Program-made: the position numbers and the translations under genes
Shown: piece by piece, positions 28,601 through 38,286 of the stretch
How positions within the stretch are numbered: the stretch's first letter is position 1
Layout: every line of letters begins with the position of its first letter
Notes under the pieces: generated by a model
The model's database searches: none
Told to the model about the DNA's origin: nothing
What the model saw: the letters and a program-made list of their open reading frames with translations, nothing else
From: a virus
Lineage: Duplodnaviria; Caudoviricetes
DNA: 64,000 nt
Direction: 5' to 3' (one strand)
IMG/VR virus record: IMGVR_UViG_3300034418_011920
Span: 1,669-65,668 of that record

Positions 28601-30418
28601 GTACTAACAGAACAAATTAAACTCATCGGCCAAAACAGAGAGAAACAATTACAGTATATTAGAGAAAATATTATTAGGCAATCTATTATAGGAAGAAAGT
28701 CTTTAGTCGGATATGTTGGTCCGGGTCCTGGTCCAACGGCGGCTATGAGCACCATTGGTCCTAATCAAATTCCTAGACATTATAATGGCAAAGGAGAAAC
28801 TAGAGTTATTATGGGGGAGAGCTATGACTGGACCCCTCTTCCGCAAAATTCTGGTGATGAATGGTGGCACGCTTTATATCCACGACAAGCTGCTTATGGA
28901 CAAAGATCAGTAACTTCTTTTGGTACTTATGATCAGTTTATGACAGAAACAGGAGCAAATTACAATAAAAAGGGCTTTATGAGTCTTGATGGTATTTTTA
29001 GCTCTGTTAGCGTGAAAGGCGATGGTGGTCTTCCTAGATACCCAACAACAACCGATATACCAAATGCCTCACGATCTCATCCAATAAATCCTAATCCACC
29101 ATCAATACATAAATATACTGGCGGCACAGAGGGGCAGACTACAACTAGCGGTAGTTCTCTTGGTATTGGTGTTGGAATTAAAAATCTACAAATAGGAACC
29201 GGACTTAATTATTTGCCCGGCAAAGGAATATTAATCACCAGCGCAACAGACGATCAGAGTTACATGATAGCAACTATCATGAAATACAACCAACAGACTG
29301 GTTTATTAACAGTTAATGTAAGCAAAGCATATGGTTCTGGTACTTATGCTGCCTGGACCGTAGAACCAAATGGAAGCCCTTGTTACGATCTGGATATTAA
29401 TTCTACATATCAAAATCCACTAACAAACAGCACTAGGCATTTAGACGATCCAGTTCAGGGCGATATGCACCATTATGGCCCTGGGGAAGGTCATTCTATT
29501 GATATAGTTGGAATGGGGAGTTCAGTTTCAGAATCTGGTGCTATGTTAAGCATGAGGGAGAATGAAGCCGGAAAATATGCTGATGATTATAGATTTATTG
29601 GACTTAGAGGACCGATAGTATTACATCAGTGGGGATACGATCTAGAAGGAAAACCCGTACCGAACCGAGCAGACAATGAGCAATTAGCCAAAAATGGTAT
29701 ATTTAATGCTGGAGTTGCTGGTGGTGCTGGTCCACAAGACTTTTTCTTACAGGATTGGCTACAAAAACCAGGAACATGGCCAGCCGCTCCTATTGATTTG
29801 AGGTTTGATAGAAATAGGGGAGTTTGGGTCAGCCCTCCGGCTCACAAGATTGTTGTTGTTCAAGCCAGAGAAATGATTCCTGCATATGGAACTGGCAAAG
29901 GAATGATCATTAATCAGAACAGTAGCACTGGTGAATATTATGGTTCCCCAATGCATGATTCTGAAGGTTTGCCTGTTATGGCTACCGAATCAGAAGCTTC
30001 TAACTTTACTGAAATTATCATTGAGGATAGAGTCGGAAGAGGTATTGGGGTAGCAGAAAAAGCTTATGCCTATTTTGATTCTTATAGCTCTACATATCTT
30101 GTTATGGGGGGTGGTGGATCTATAGTAATAGGCAAATTCTGCAATCAATGGCCGTCTCTTATGAATGTTAAAGATCAGAAAAATTGTGTTAAAAAGGTTG
30201 TGCTCTATTCTCCAGCAGTAGGATGTTCAGGAAATGTAGAAGATTGCGGATGGAAACTTCAACCTCTAACAACTCCGGATTCAAACGGTGTAGAGCGACC
30301 CGTGGTTGTAGAAGCAGTAAATCTGTTTGCTAATGTCGCTGCTCATGAATATCAGACTAAATGGTGTGCATTATCTACAGCAAATGGATTTTATTATCTA
30401 GTAGCAGCGGAGTCATAA
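25679..30418 (+). CDS. putative tail tip/hub protein (1579 aa)
   Basis: Hub-like N-terminus (FLGCS..SFN..GWG..SSTLTVELVED...FGGIV), a late INNINVSFGGQGIISSY segment, and inserted beta modules. Assigned largely by synteny. Confidence 0.6.
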   Translation: MMSLVLRSDTLKEPIKFLGCSTISFNSQIGWGLDSSTLTVELVEDCEAGDRFIGRDEEIIGTARYFDTRDQDWVNGDIQEPRWKSNFVFGGIVTNWTQTQGTSGHIFSIQMSDAKQLLSNIFIETDTYSWYPIWDKNYFNVLAKYESDVFYGDCRWYGTANSNQRGMNYNNIIQGLLNIGQDNQSWNNIDGEDSYENTKFNQRPIVYSPLHGWVINGTQVQHTAFAIDFGLVNYRNYSNPNFEYLEKWRADSLPIGPNFYRVAGSVTLLDLINNICELTARNFFVTMYYDKTYDAHVIEIRCVHLIDEYAGNYTAIVEQFNGNATDLSYGREFNNDKNRNMIMGENIHFMSQSTLFNHYFGDSTIGAPQVPLVNSNFQYLDPLGNVSPGDNFWVAIDVTQLNVGLYTPFPTNTVYISEKDLLAATAGKHIWEMRATAIRVDGNGDEIDDPLNAPEGSLNKYLRGMHPGLTTLAMDIITRLIDSVNRRKFFGVVDNDRFPINDLLLNTFNGYNYQNNDQLLVKDLEAIYNFVSELANKYYGKQFLYQLNETICYNYVDPDTESGALEFSATPTNEGAWVDPGVSVLGLRDGFLAPFKTEDGRTGSFARFDVGGNMGAWGTNIEATNPGVPGYNSILDVSQISPDSYVSDGSTIWIRASVAEKTYTVYNAALGVTVPAGVVELDSPAFAKPQTNLQGLAEQIITALMLMYQHPNQETYYPEGGTYTQIIIDNPGSGYVTGDIARFGNGIGVINATDPEGYVSSINITYGGDQARRGSQASIQISSQNGEDFSGRAIASLYNQDKYWGLPTQVNPDPNLGYQNVYNNNNLASQDLSWLGAARKAIFPSAAAIPIRSNIAVYGPYYSNNFFTQAGGVNVEQDKDLAPWNFGSIYTMSQAGSTRANTAFAEDQEPLIVSELGDAKVPGMPLYSLGDQMDVNGVVRGPLINNINVSFGGQGIISSYGFKTFSRKFGNLPEVLTEQIKLIGQNREKQLQYIRENIIRQSIIGRKSLVGYVGPGPGPTAAMSTIGPNQIPRHYNGKGETRVIMGESYDWTPLPQNSGDEWWHALYPRQAAYGQRSVTSFGTYDQFMTETGANYNKKGFMSLDGIFSSVSVKGDGGLPRYPTTTDIPNASRSHPINPNPPSIHKYTGGTEGQTTTSGSSLGIGVGIKNLQIGTGLNYLPGKGILITSATDDQSYMIATIMKYNQQTGLLTVNVSKAYGSGTYAAWTVEPNGSPCYDLDINSTYQNPLTNSTRHLDDPVQGDMHHYGPGEGHSIDIVGMGSSVSESGAMLSMRENEAGKYADDYRFIGLRGPIVLHQWGYDLEGKPVPNRADNEQLAKNGIFNAGVAGGAGPQDFFLQDWLQKPGTWPAAPIDLRFDRNRGVWVSPPAHKIVVVQAREMIPAYGTGKGMIINQNSSTGEYYGSPMHDSEGLPVMATESEASNFTEIIIEDRVGRGIGVAEKAYAYFDSYSSTYLVMGGGGSIVIGKFCNQWPSLMNVKDQKNCVKKVVLYSPAVGCSGNVEDCGWKLQPLTTPDSNGVERPVVVEAVNLFANVAAHEYQTKWCALSTANGFYYLVAAES

Positions 30419-30419
30419 T

Positions 30420-33400
30420 ATGTTTTTAGGTGGGGATAAATTTCAAAATAATCCTGGTAATAACAGAATACTTAAATGTCACGAATGTGGAGATACCAAT
30501 CTTAGATATGTTGGTGCTGATAGAATAGTACAAAGCACAGCAGAAGAACCAGATTTTAAATCTGCTGCAACATATATTTGCGGGAATGGACATAAAACTT
30601 TCGGCGGTGTTGATGATTGGGAAATTTGGGGACAAACGGATGTTCTTCAAACCCCCGCCGTAGACTCTCATTGCGGCTCTTTAAACTGTGATCTTCCAGA
30701 AAGTATCTATGTAAATTTTGATGGTATTATTGGTGTGCAAGCAAGAGAGAGCTGCGGAGGACTAGTTCATGAGGATATGAAATCTAGAGTTAGGTCTCAA
30801 TATGCAATATGTGGACCTTGTTGTGATATTACTCAAACCTCAGATCCTCGTAATCATCCTCAAGGCATCTATTCCCCTAACAATGATCCTTGGAGTATTT
30901 CTTGTGGGGATTCTATATATGCAGGAGTATGCGCATTAAGCGACGACGTTTCAGACTTAAGTAGTTTTACTTGTGGTTCAACTGTCACTCCTATTTATAC
31001 TACTTGTTTGGGGGTACAAACTCTTGCTGGATATGACATAACGTCCAGATGGCATCATTCCTCACCTAATACTGCTGGAAGTTGCACATCGACTCCTCCT
31101 GGTTATAATGTTGGCAATAATCCATATGCTCCTGGTTGTGATATAGATATTCAAGCAGATCTCAACACCTTGAACATAAATCCGTTTGATGCGGACTATC
31201 CAGAAAAATACAGAGAAACTGGGCCTGCTTTTATAACGCCTGTTTCTAGTTCTAGTGGGAGTTCATGGGGTAATCTTGGCTGGTCAATTGTATTTTTTAG
31301 TGAAGAAAAAGCATGCATTAGATACACAAACCCTTGTATTGGTCCTAGTGCTGGTGTTGATGCAATAGCAAAAAGATGGATATATGTTGTTAAAAGGGTT
31401 CATCCAACAGCTACAGCTACTTCTAATTCTGGTTTTGTTTGGGTTTCTAGTTCGGAAGGAATAAATCCGGCATTACATCCCTATACGAAAACCTGCGGTA
31501 GCCCTAGTTGCGATGTTAGTCCAGACGGACCGCCTCCTGCTAGTTTTTGCACTAATGGAAATAGCACAGGAGCTTGTTCTAATTGCAATAATAGTGTTGG
31601 ACCAATAGCGTATAGAGTTAAGGGCGGAAGAGATCAAAGGCATTTTTGGCCAAATAGAGTTCCTTATTATCCGGAAACATTAAGTGGCGATTCATATCCA
31701 AATACAATTTTAAAACAAAAAATTAAGGGTGTCCCAGGTTCTTTTCCAGAATATGGGGAATGTGAATGTACAGATGGTTCGATTTCTTGTGGAGATTTCC
31801 CTGTTTGGCCTAGTTATTGTAATAAAGAAATAAACTATCCATCCTGTTTAGAAGCCGGTCCAAGAAAATGTAAAGATGAAGACGCAAGGTGGAGAGTTGA
31901 TTGCAAAGATCCGCAAGATTTCTTTACAGTTACTCTTTTAAATAACGGACTCAATGTTAGCCTACTTGATTACAGATATAGTTTGTATATTACGACTCCT
32001 CCGGCCGATCTCGATAACCCAGAAGGCGGAGTTGAGATTACTTTTAATCCTGTTTTTTCTTTTGATGCGTCTGAAGGATCCAGTTATGATAAATGGAATT
32101 TTATTGAGAGTCCTAATCCTATATGTTATGGATTAGCTAGACCTGGTTATGTTAAATATTATGGAGATCCACAAGGAGCTTGGGAAAATAGTGCATCTTC
32201 AGAATTTTTGCCAAACGCTGGTGCAATTGGGGTTAGAGAAGCTAGACTAGAACAACTTTTTCCAACAAAAAAACAAAATATTGAACAACCACATTGTACT
32301 AGAAGAGTGAGAAATCCACAACTTGCTCCAGCTATTCCTTTTTATATGGTGAATACTTCTGACGTTTCCGAACAAACAATTATATTAGACAGATATTATA
32401 ATACTGACTATTTATGGGACGAAAGGCCATACAAAATAGGAAACAGCGACAATCAATCACTAATCAGGCCTTCAGGCGATGTTGGCTCTACAGATTTGGC
32501 ATATTTTCCACATCCTTTTACTGCTAATAGTGGCTCTTTAACAGAACCTGAGATTGTTGCTATTATACATAGCGAAAGTGGAACTGGAGCACAAATTGCT
32601 TTTCAAACCATTCCTATGTCTTATGACGCTTATGGCTCAGACATTAACAACAAGAATGTTTATATCGACCCCCCACAAGAACTACAAGCACCATACAGAA
32701 TAGGCACAACAACCGGACAGTGCGAATTTAAAACCAGAAAAGTTGTTCATGGATATAGTGTGATGTATCCTTTGAGAGACGATCCTATATGGACAGAAAG
32801 TTCGAATAATTACGGTGCGTACACATATATTGAAAACTCGGAAAATACCGATACGAATATTGATACTACAGCTGATGAAAGACCTGATCTTTCTGATCAA
32901 CCATATTACGAATATCCTGTTTTAATTCCCGGTAGTGGATATCAGTTAGGTGATAAGATTGAATTCAGATGCTGGAAATCATTGAACGATCTTAAAGAGA
33001 AAGAAAAAGGATTTCTTGGTATTCCAAAAGATAAATATAATGAATTTCCAAATGGAGAAGAATGCGTTGAAACCGTTATAGCAACAGCTACGGTGACAGA
33101 ACTCAATAACGAAAGAATTGCCCCAACAAAAATTGGTGAAATTTGGGCTACTGTTAATATAGAAGGAGATGACTATCAAAGACAAGCTACAGATATTTAT
33201 ATGGCTGTTGATATGGGAATTGTGGATAAAACTAGGTATAATGAGACTTATGGTGTTACCAATGTGGTTTTAGCAACTACACAGAAAAGTAATCCCTGGA
33301 AAGTAGGAGATAGATTCTATGTTAGGTTTGTCGACACAAATACTATCAACAACGAACCGCCTGTAGAAATCACAAGAATGCAGATTGAAGTTACAGGATA

Positions 33401-36400
33401 TGATTATGATACAGGAGCGATCACTAGTTGGGAAATAAGAGAGCCTGGCGAGTATTATAAGATTGTTGGCAACAACGGAATTCGATGGTATAACTTTGAC
33501 GAAGAAACTATATTTGTTGGTAATTGTCCTTGTACTTTTGATATTTGCGATGATGAATGTAGCGGTTGCGCATCAAAAACAGCATATAACTACACTAAGA
33601 ATGTGCGTGTTCAATGCGATCCTGAAGAACCAGATTGTTCACCAGATGGATATAAGAATATTCAAGTGGATGAAACAAGGAAATTGGAAGCATTAGCTCA
33701 AGGATTTAACCCGAATGATCCTAGCGACACGATAGAATACCCATTTGGTTTTCCTGCGTTTCCACATGCTGGATGTGTTACTAACCCAGAAATACTTGAT
33801 GATGAAATTCCACCAGAACCTATTCCTCTGTGGTGTCCTCCTTCTTATTCAACAACATCCTGTGAATCAAATTGCAGATATGTAGCAAGATGGTTTCAGA
33901 GTGGCCCATCTTTGGGTTGGGTTTTAAAAGATCACTGTGAACATAATTGTGCGTGTGCTGGCGTTAGTAGCACACCTGCTTATTACGGAGATAATGAATC
34001 AGCAGATTGTAATTGTTCTATTCAAATTAATGGTGGGCCTTGGATTACTGGGCCTGTTGCTGGAAGGAATGATTCTTTTCACTGCTGGCCTATAACTCCG
34101 ACATGGGAATTTCCTGGCAAAAGTGGTAACTATGCATATTCTTGTTGTTATGGCAATCCTGTTGTAGAAGGATATAGAGCTGGTATTGCTGGAAATATTG
34201 TTTATCCTCCACTGAGACCGCAGTATGAAGCAGTATGGCAGCCAAATACTTCTGGCTTTTTAGCCGGCATAGGGACATACGCTCCAGAAGCTTATACCGA
34301 TGACGATAAGAAAGCTGTACAAGATGCTTTTTTGAGTTTAGAGGGATGCAACCCATTACAATTAGATCGTTTTGGAAGATCAAGAAAATATCCTCCAAGA
34401 GCTTTCGGCAAAGCACCATGTAGAAAAATAGACAACTCAACCGATCCAGTCCCATCAGCTGCTCAAAGACTACAAGAAAGACCTTTAGATAACTACTGTA
34501 GAGCATACGGTTTTTACCAACAAATACAGCCAGCATGTGATATTAGTTATCGTGGTGAGTATATCATGAGAACAGCCTATAAAGAAGCAATTGATTTAGA
34601 AACTGGAAATTTCACTGATGGAGATTGTGATCCAGCATTCGTTCCTGCTGGATTTACTGGTAGCAATGCTCACAAGTTTACAGGTTGTAATCCTATTATT
34701 TCTAATCTAACCATAGACCTAAAGCATGGAGAAGTCCAATTTGATATTACCGCAGGTGCTCCTATATCACAAAGGGAACTTTTCCCAGAACTTCTTCCTC
34801 CTCCGCAAGTTGGTCCAGATGGCTTTTTAGAGGTAAGAGCCAATTCTTGGAATCGTCCATCTGTAGATGAAGAATATAATAGTAACAGATATTTTGATTA
34901 TGTTTTTGGTGAACCCAATAGATATGCTATGCAGATAGAAGCAGCATTGCCTGAAAATCAGGACGAGAGCGATGTAGATGCAGCAAAAATATATACGAAT
35001 GTACTGAAAAATAGTCCGCTTCTTTATATACAAGATTTAGAAGGAAATGATTATGCTGCTTATGGAGACATATATAATCAAAAGGTTTTTGATTTACCAG
35101 ACCCCAGAAATGCAACAAGATTAAATGTAGAATTTGGAGATAGTTACGCACCACCCCAATACAGCCAAGGTTTTATTCCTTTACCTAGTTCAGTTATTGG
35201 AACAGACCTCAGAATTCAATGCCCATATCCTTGGGAGAATATAGCAAAAACAACCAATATTAGCAGCATCCCCACTGCATCAGGTTTAACCACAGAAGTA
35301 GATAAGAACTATTTTTATTATAGTGCTTTTAAGAATAATTCAGCTGAATTTGTTGTTGATAAAATTTCTCAAGCTAGAAGTGGATGTCTTGATCAACTAC
35401 TTATTTATGACCCAAACAATAGCCCAATTCCAAATATTAATTATGTAGGATTGTCAGATTATGGAAGCGTTGTAAATAGCACAAGTACATGGCTCAACAG
35501 TGAATTTTTAGATGAGAATGGAACAGGAACAAGGCAATATATTGTATTTCGAGCTTTTGCCGATCCTTTTGTAGATGCTGAGATTTTTACACCAATAGAT
35601 TTTACTAATGTGGTTTTTGATTTTTATGCTACATGGGTACAAAGAGAAGAGAGAGCAATGACTTTGTTGGAGGCTTTATTATCTGATACTCATAGACAAA
35701 TCTTTTCCAATATGATATTTGAAGGAGCGTCTAATGAAAAACTTAAATACTGCACAAGAATGGAATGTTTATATGTTAATGTAGAAGTTGATCAGGGTAC
35801 TGAGGTAGGACTTACAGAAGATGGCTCATCTCAAAGATTATTTGTTGAAGACCGATGTGAATATAGGGATAAAGGAGGTAGAGTAGAATCTATAAAAGTT
35901 CTAAATCCAGGCGATGGATATGCTTTTGAGATAGAAGAAAGAGTTCCTATGTCTGGCGTTTTGGGCGGTATACCTGGATGCAATATACCATACATTCTTG
36001 GAGTATCAAGCAATATACGAAGAAGAGAAACATATAAAATAGATGAAATAATTAATGGTGATATTGTAGACACAGTAGGCGGACATAATGTGGGTGAAGT
36101 TTATGAACTTCGTTTTGATGATACTGATTTTGCTGGAGCAAATGTGGTATATGAAAAAGTTCCAAAGGTTATGGTTACAAACATAAGTGGTGGTGGAGGT
36201 TTTATTATTGAGTTAGAACTAATTGAAAAGGGGGAATTCTATAAGTATGTAAAGACGGGAGAACACAGAGCATATCCTATTGCTATGATATTAAATAATT
36301 ATTGGGATCATCCGAATGCTCCGCAAAATTTTGGAAGGCATGCCAAGTTTAGACCTGTAGTTGGAGTAGACCCAAGAGACCCCGATACATACGGCAAAGT

Positions 36401-37535
36401 TAAAAGAGTTGATATTGAATTCAAAGGCATTGAATATGTTCAGCCAGGTAAATATTGGTATATCGATACTAAAGCTGGAGAATATGATAATTATGGCAAT
36501 AACTTAAACGGTTTAGACATACAACACCTAGTAGATCCATGTAAATATGTAATTTATGGCGACGGTATGAATGCCGATCAAATAGAAGATTATCTAGGAT
36601 GGTTGGGGAATCCTAATCTTGACTACGATTTAAGATTTCCAGAAAGACAAGCGTATTATCAAGAAACCGAAACACCATCAGGAATGCAAAAAGTTGGTGA
36701 TAAATTTCAAAGATCTATCAAATATTATTTCAGAACTAACCACTATCAAGAACCTACTATGTGGGAAAAGATGGCTAGACCCTGGGAAACAGTAATGATA
36801 TCCGGAGACTGCCCGATTCATCACGATAGATCAAATCCATATGGTAATCCCGGTGGTCTTCTAAATAAAACTTACGACATGGCACTGGTTGAAGAAGTTA
36901 ATACATGGAATGATAGGCCAGTTATAGGTAATTGTCCCACCTCTTTATGTAATAATATTATTGATTATGACGATATAGCTTGTGCTGGCAGCGGAACAAA
37001 TGTGTCACCGAATAATGAGTATATACAAAATTGTGGCAAACCATGTCCTATACACACAGCATATGATGCCCATAGATTTCCTGTTGGGCACACTTCAGTT
37101 CATACTCATAGCGTTTTTGCGCAACCAGCACCTTATCTTTGGGGATGTCATGAAAGAATAGCCATAGATACAACTTTTGATAAATATCTATGGTGTTATG
37201 GAATTAGTTATGGTGACGACGCTTATGGGGGAAATTTACAAACTGCTGGGTTTATGATATATCCTAATATAAATAATCCTAAAGATAGATGCAGTAATGC
37301 TGTTTATAGTTTATATGGAGAATTTGGAAAATGGCGTTCTGACAACCAAACAAATCAAACTGCTTTTAGAAGTAAAGTTATCACATATAAGATGCAAGAT
37401 CCTATTACAATGACTATTTCATATAGATCTAAAAGAAATGAGCATGGAAATGTTGTTATAGCTGGACCTCCAAATGAATACGAAAGCAATTGTGAGGAAC
37501 CTGTTCCATCTAGTATTTGTCCAGAATGCGAATAA
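30420..37535 (+). CDS. giant Cys/Pro-rich virion protein (2371 aa), putative receptor-binding/tail-tip
   Basis: Last large gene of the structural operon; many cysteines; repeated IPGSGY, EPGEYY, NPGDGY and EKGEFY motifs. Confidence 0.6.
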   Translation: MFLGGDKFQNNPGNNRILKCHECGDTNLRYVGADRIVQSTAEEPDFKSAATYICGNGHKTFGGVDDWEIWGQTDVLQTPAVDSHCGSLNCDLPESIYVNFDGIIGVQARESCGGLVHEDMKSRVRSQYAICGPCCDITQTSDPRNHPQGIYSPNNDPWSISCGDSIYAGVCALSDDVSDLSSFTCGSTVTPIYTTCLGVQTLAGYDITSRWHHSSPNTAGSCTSTPPGYNVGNNPYAPGCDIDIQADLNTLNINPFDADYPEKYRETGPAFITPVSSSSGSSWGNLGWSIVFFSEEKACIRYTNPCIGPSAGVDAIAKRWIYVVKRVHPTATATSNSGFVWVSSSEGINPALHPYTKTCGSPSCDVSPDGPPPASFCTNGNSTGACSNCNNSVGPIAYRVKGGRDQRHFWPNRVPYYPETLSGDSYPNTILKQKIKGVPGSFPEYGECECTDGSISCGDFPVWPSYCNKEINYPSCLEAGPRKCKDEDARWRVDCKDPQDFFTVTLLNNGLNVSLLDYRYSLYITTPPADLDNPEGGVEITFNPVFSFDASEGSSYDKWNFIESPNPICYGLARPGYVKYYGDPQGAWENSASSEFLPNAGAIGVREARLEQLFPTKKQNIEQPHCTRRVRNPQLAPAIPFYMVNTSDVSEQTIILDRYYNTDYLWDERPYKIGNSDNQSLIRPSGDVGSTDLAYFPHPFTANSGSLTEPEIVAIIHSESGTGAQIAFQTIPMSYDAYGSDINNKNVYIDPPQELQAPYRIGTTTGQCEFKTRKVVHGYSVMYPLRDDPIWTESSNNYGAYTYIENSENTDTNIDTTADERPDLSDQPYYEYPVLIPGSGYQLGDKIEFRCWKSLNDLKEKEKGFLGIPKDKYNEFPNGEECVETVIATATVTELNNERIAPTKIGEIWATVNIEGDDYQRQATDIYMAVDMGIVDKTRYNETYGVTNVVLATTQKSNPWKVGDRFYVRFVDTNTINNEPPVEITRMQIEVTGYDYDTGAITSWEIREPGEYYKIVGNNGIRWYNFDEETIFVGNCPCTFDICDDECSGCASKTAYNYTKNVRVQCDPEEPDCSPDGYKNIQVDETRKLEALAQGFNPNDPSDTIEYPFGFPAFPHAGCVTNPEILDDEIPPEPIPLWCPPSYSTTSCESNCRYVARWFQSGPSLGWVLKDHCEHNCACAGVSSTPAYYGDNESADCNCSIQINGGPWITGPVAGRNDSFHCWPITPTWEFPGKSGNYAYSCCYGNPVVEGYRAGIAGNIVYPPLRPQYEAVWQPNTSGFLAGIGTYAPEAYTDDDKKAVQDAFLSLEGCNPLQLDRFGRSRKYPPRAFGKAPCRKIDNSTDPVPSAAQRLQERPLDNYCRAYGFYQQIQPACDISYRGEYIMRTAYKEAIDLETGNFTDGDCDPAFVPAGFTGSNAHKFTGCNPIISNLTIDLKHGEVQFDITAGAPISQRELFPELLPPPQVGPDGFLEVRANSWNRPSVDEEYNSNRYFDYVFGEPNRYAMQIEAALPENQDESDVDAAKIYTNVLKNSPLLYIQDLEGNDYAAYGDIYNQKVFDLPDPRNATRLNVEFGDSYAPPQYSQGFIPLPSSVIGTDLRIQCPYPWENIAKTTNISSIPTASGLTTEVDKNYFYYSAFKNNSAEFVVDKISQARSGCLDQLLIYDPNNSPIPNINYVGLSDYGSVVNSTSTWLNSEFLDENGTGTRQYIVFRAFADPFVDAEIFTPIDFTNVVFDFYATWVQREERAMTLLEALLSDTHRQIFSNMIFEGASNEKLKYCTRMECLYVNVEVDQGTEVGLTEDGSSQRLFVEDRCEYRDKGGRVESIKVLNPGDGYAFEIEERVPMSGVLGGIPGCNIPYILGVSSNIRRRETYKIDEIINGDIVDTVGGHNVGEVYELRFDDTDFAGANVVYEKVPKVMVTNISGGGGFIIELELIEKGEFYKYVKTGEHRAYPIAMILNNYWDHPNAPQNFGRHAKFRPVVGVDPRDPDTYGKVKRVDIEFKGIEYVQPGKYWYIDTKAGEYDNYGNNLNGLDIQHLVDPCKYVIYGDGMNADQIEDYLGWLGNPNLDYDLRFPERQAYYQETETPSGMQKVGDKFQRSIKYYFRTNHYQEPTMWEKMARPWETVMISGDCPIHHDRSNPYGNPGGLLNKTYDMALVEEVNTWNDRPVIGNCPTSLCNNIIDYDDIACAGSGTNVSPNNEYIQNCGKPCPIHTAYDAHRFPVGHTSVHTHSVFAQPAPYLWGCHERIAIDTTFDKYLWCYGISYGDDAYGGNLQTAGFMIYPNINNPKDRCSNAVYSLYGEFGKWRSDNQTNQTAFRSKVITYKMQDPITMTISYRSKRNEHGNVVIAGPPNEYESNCEEPVPSSICPECE

Positions 37536-37544
37536 GGAGATAAA

Positions 37545-37964
37545 ATGTTTTGTGAATATAAAAAGATGCACAAAGAATGGATATGCAAAAGATGCGGAAG
37601 AAGAACAGAGTTTGGTGGAGCTATAAAAGAAGATAGTATGCCCATAGCCAAGTGTAGAATCCCTGATGATTATTTTATGACACAGAATTGTGGCTATATT
37701 GGAGCTTTTAAATTAAAAGGGGTTGGAGACATACTACTGGATTTATTTAAAAACTTAGGATACACAATAAACCCCATATCACCAGAAAGAACATTCGCTA
37801 CATATCTAAATAAGCGTGGAATAGATTGGTGCAGTAGAAACAGGGATGGTGTTGTAGAATGGCTGAAGGCAGAAAGTAATCGCAGAGGATTAACAATTCT
37901 GCCCTCAACACTAAAAGCTATAGTAAGATTATCTATCTTAAAAGCTAGACAACAAGAAGTTTAG
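37545..37964 (+). CDS. hypothetical Cys-containing protein
   Basis: AAGGAG RBS; CKRC and GVGD motifs; last plus-strand gene. Confidence 0.7.
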   Translation: MFCEYKKMHKEWICKRCGRRTEFGGAIKEDSMPIAKCRIPDDYFMTQNCGYIGAFKLKGVGDILLDLFKNLGYTINPISPERTFATYLNKRGIDWCSRNRDGVVEWLKAESNRRGLTILPSTLKAIVRLSILKARQQEV

Positions 37965-38284
37965 GTCTTATTCCCCTGCCATTTGTACCATCCATAATTT
38001 GGCAGCCACTCATTATTTTCATCTCTTCTCTTTGGAAAGAGGGTTCCGCCCTTTTTGTGTTGACCAAACGATAGTGTGGCACCACAACTTCCACATCTGA
38101 GTTCATAGTAATCATTTCCTTCTACTGTTCTACATATAAACTTCAGATCTTTACCCTTGCACATACCACAACTTTTCTCTCCAAAAATTTCTTGAACCAT
38201 AGCAAGTTCTTTGAAAACTTCTTTTTGTCCAGAACCTTCTAGTTCAAAAGTTAGATTGTCGTTTGCTTTATAGTGAACTTTCAT
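37961..38284 (-). CDS. zinc-ribbon protein
   Basis: CGMC...CGSC. Confidence 0.7.
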   Translation of the reverse strand: MKVHYKANDNLTFELEGSGQKEVFKELAMVQEIFGEKSCGMCKGKDLKFICRTVEGNDYYELRCGSCGATLSFGQHKKGGTLFPKRRDENNEWLPNYGWYKWQGNKT

Positions 38285-38286
38285 TT

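Noticed and set aside
9089-37651. Many 60-160 aa minus-strand and off-frame ORFs within structural genes
   Set aside because: They are shadows of long, well-formed plus-strand genes and have no RBS or recognisable motifs.
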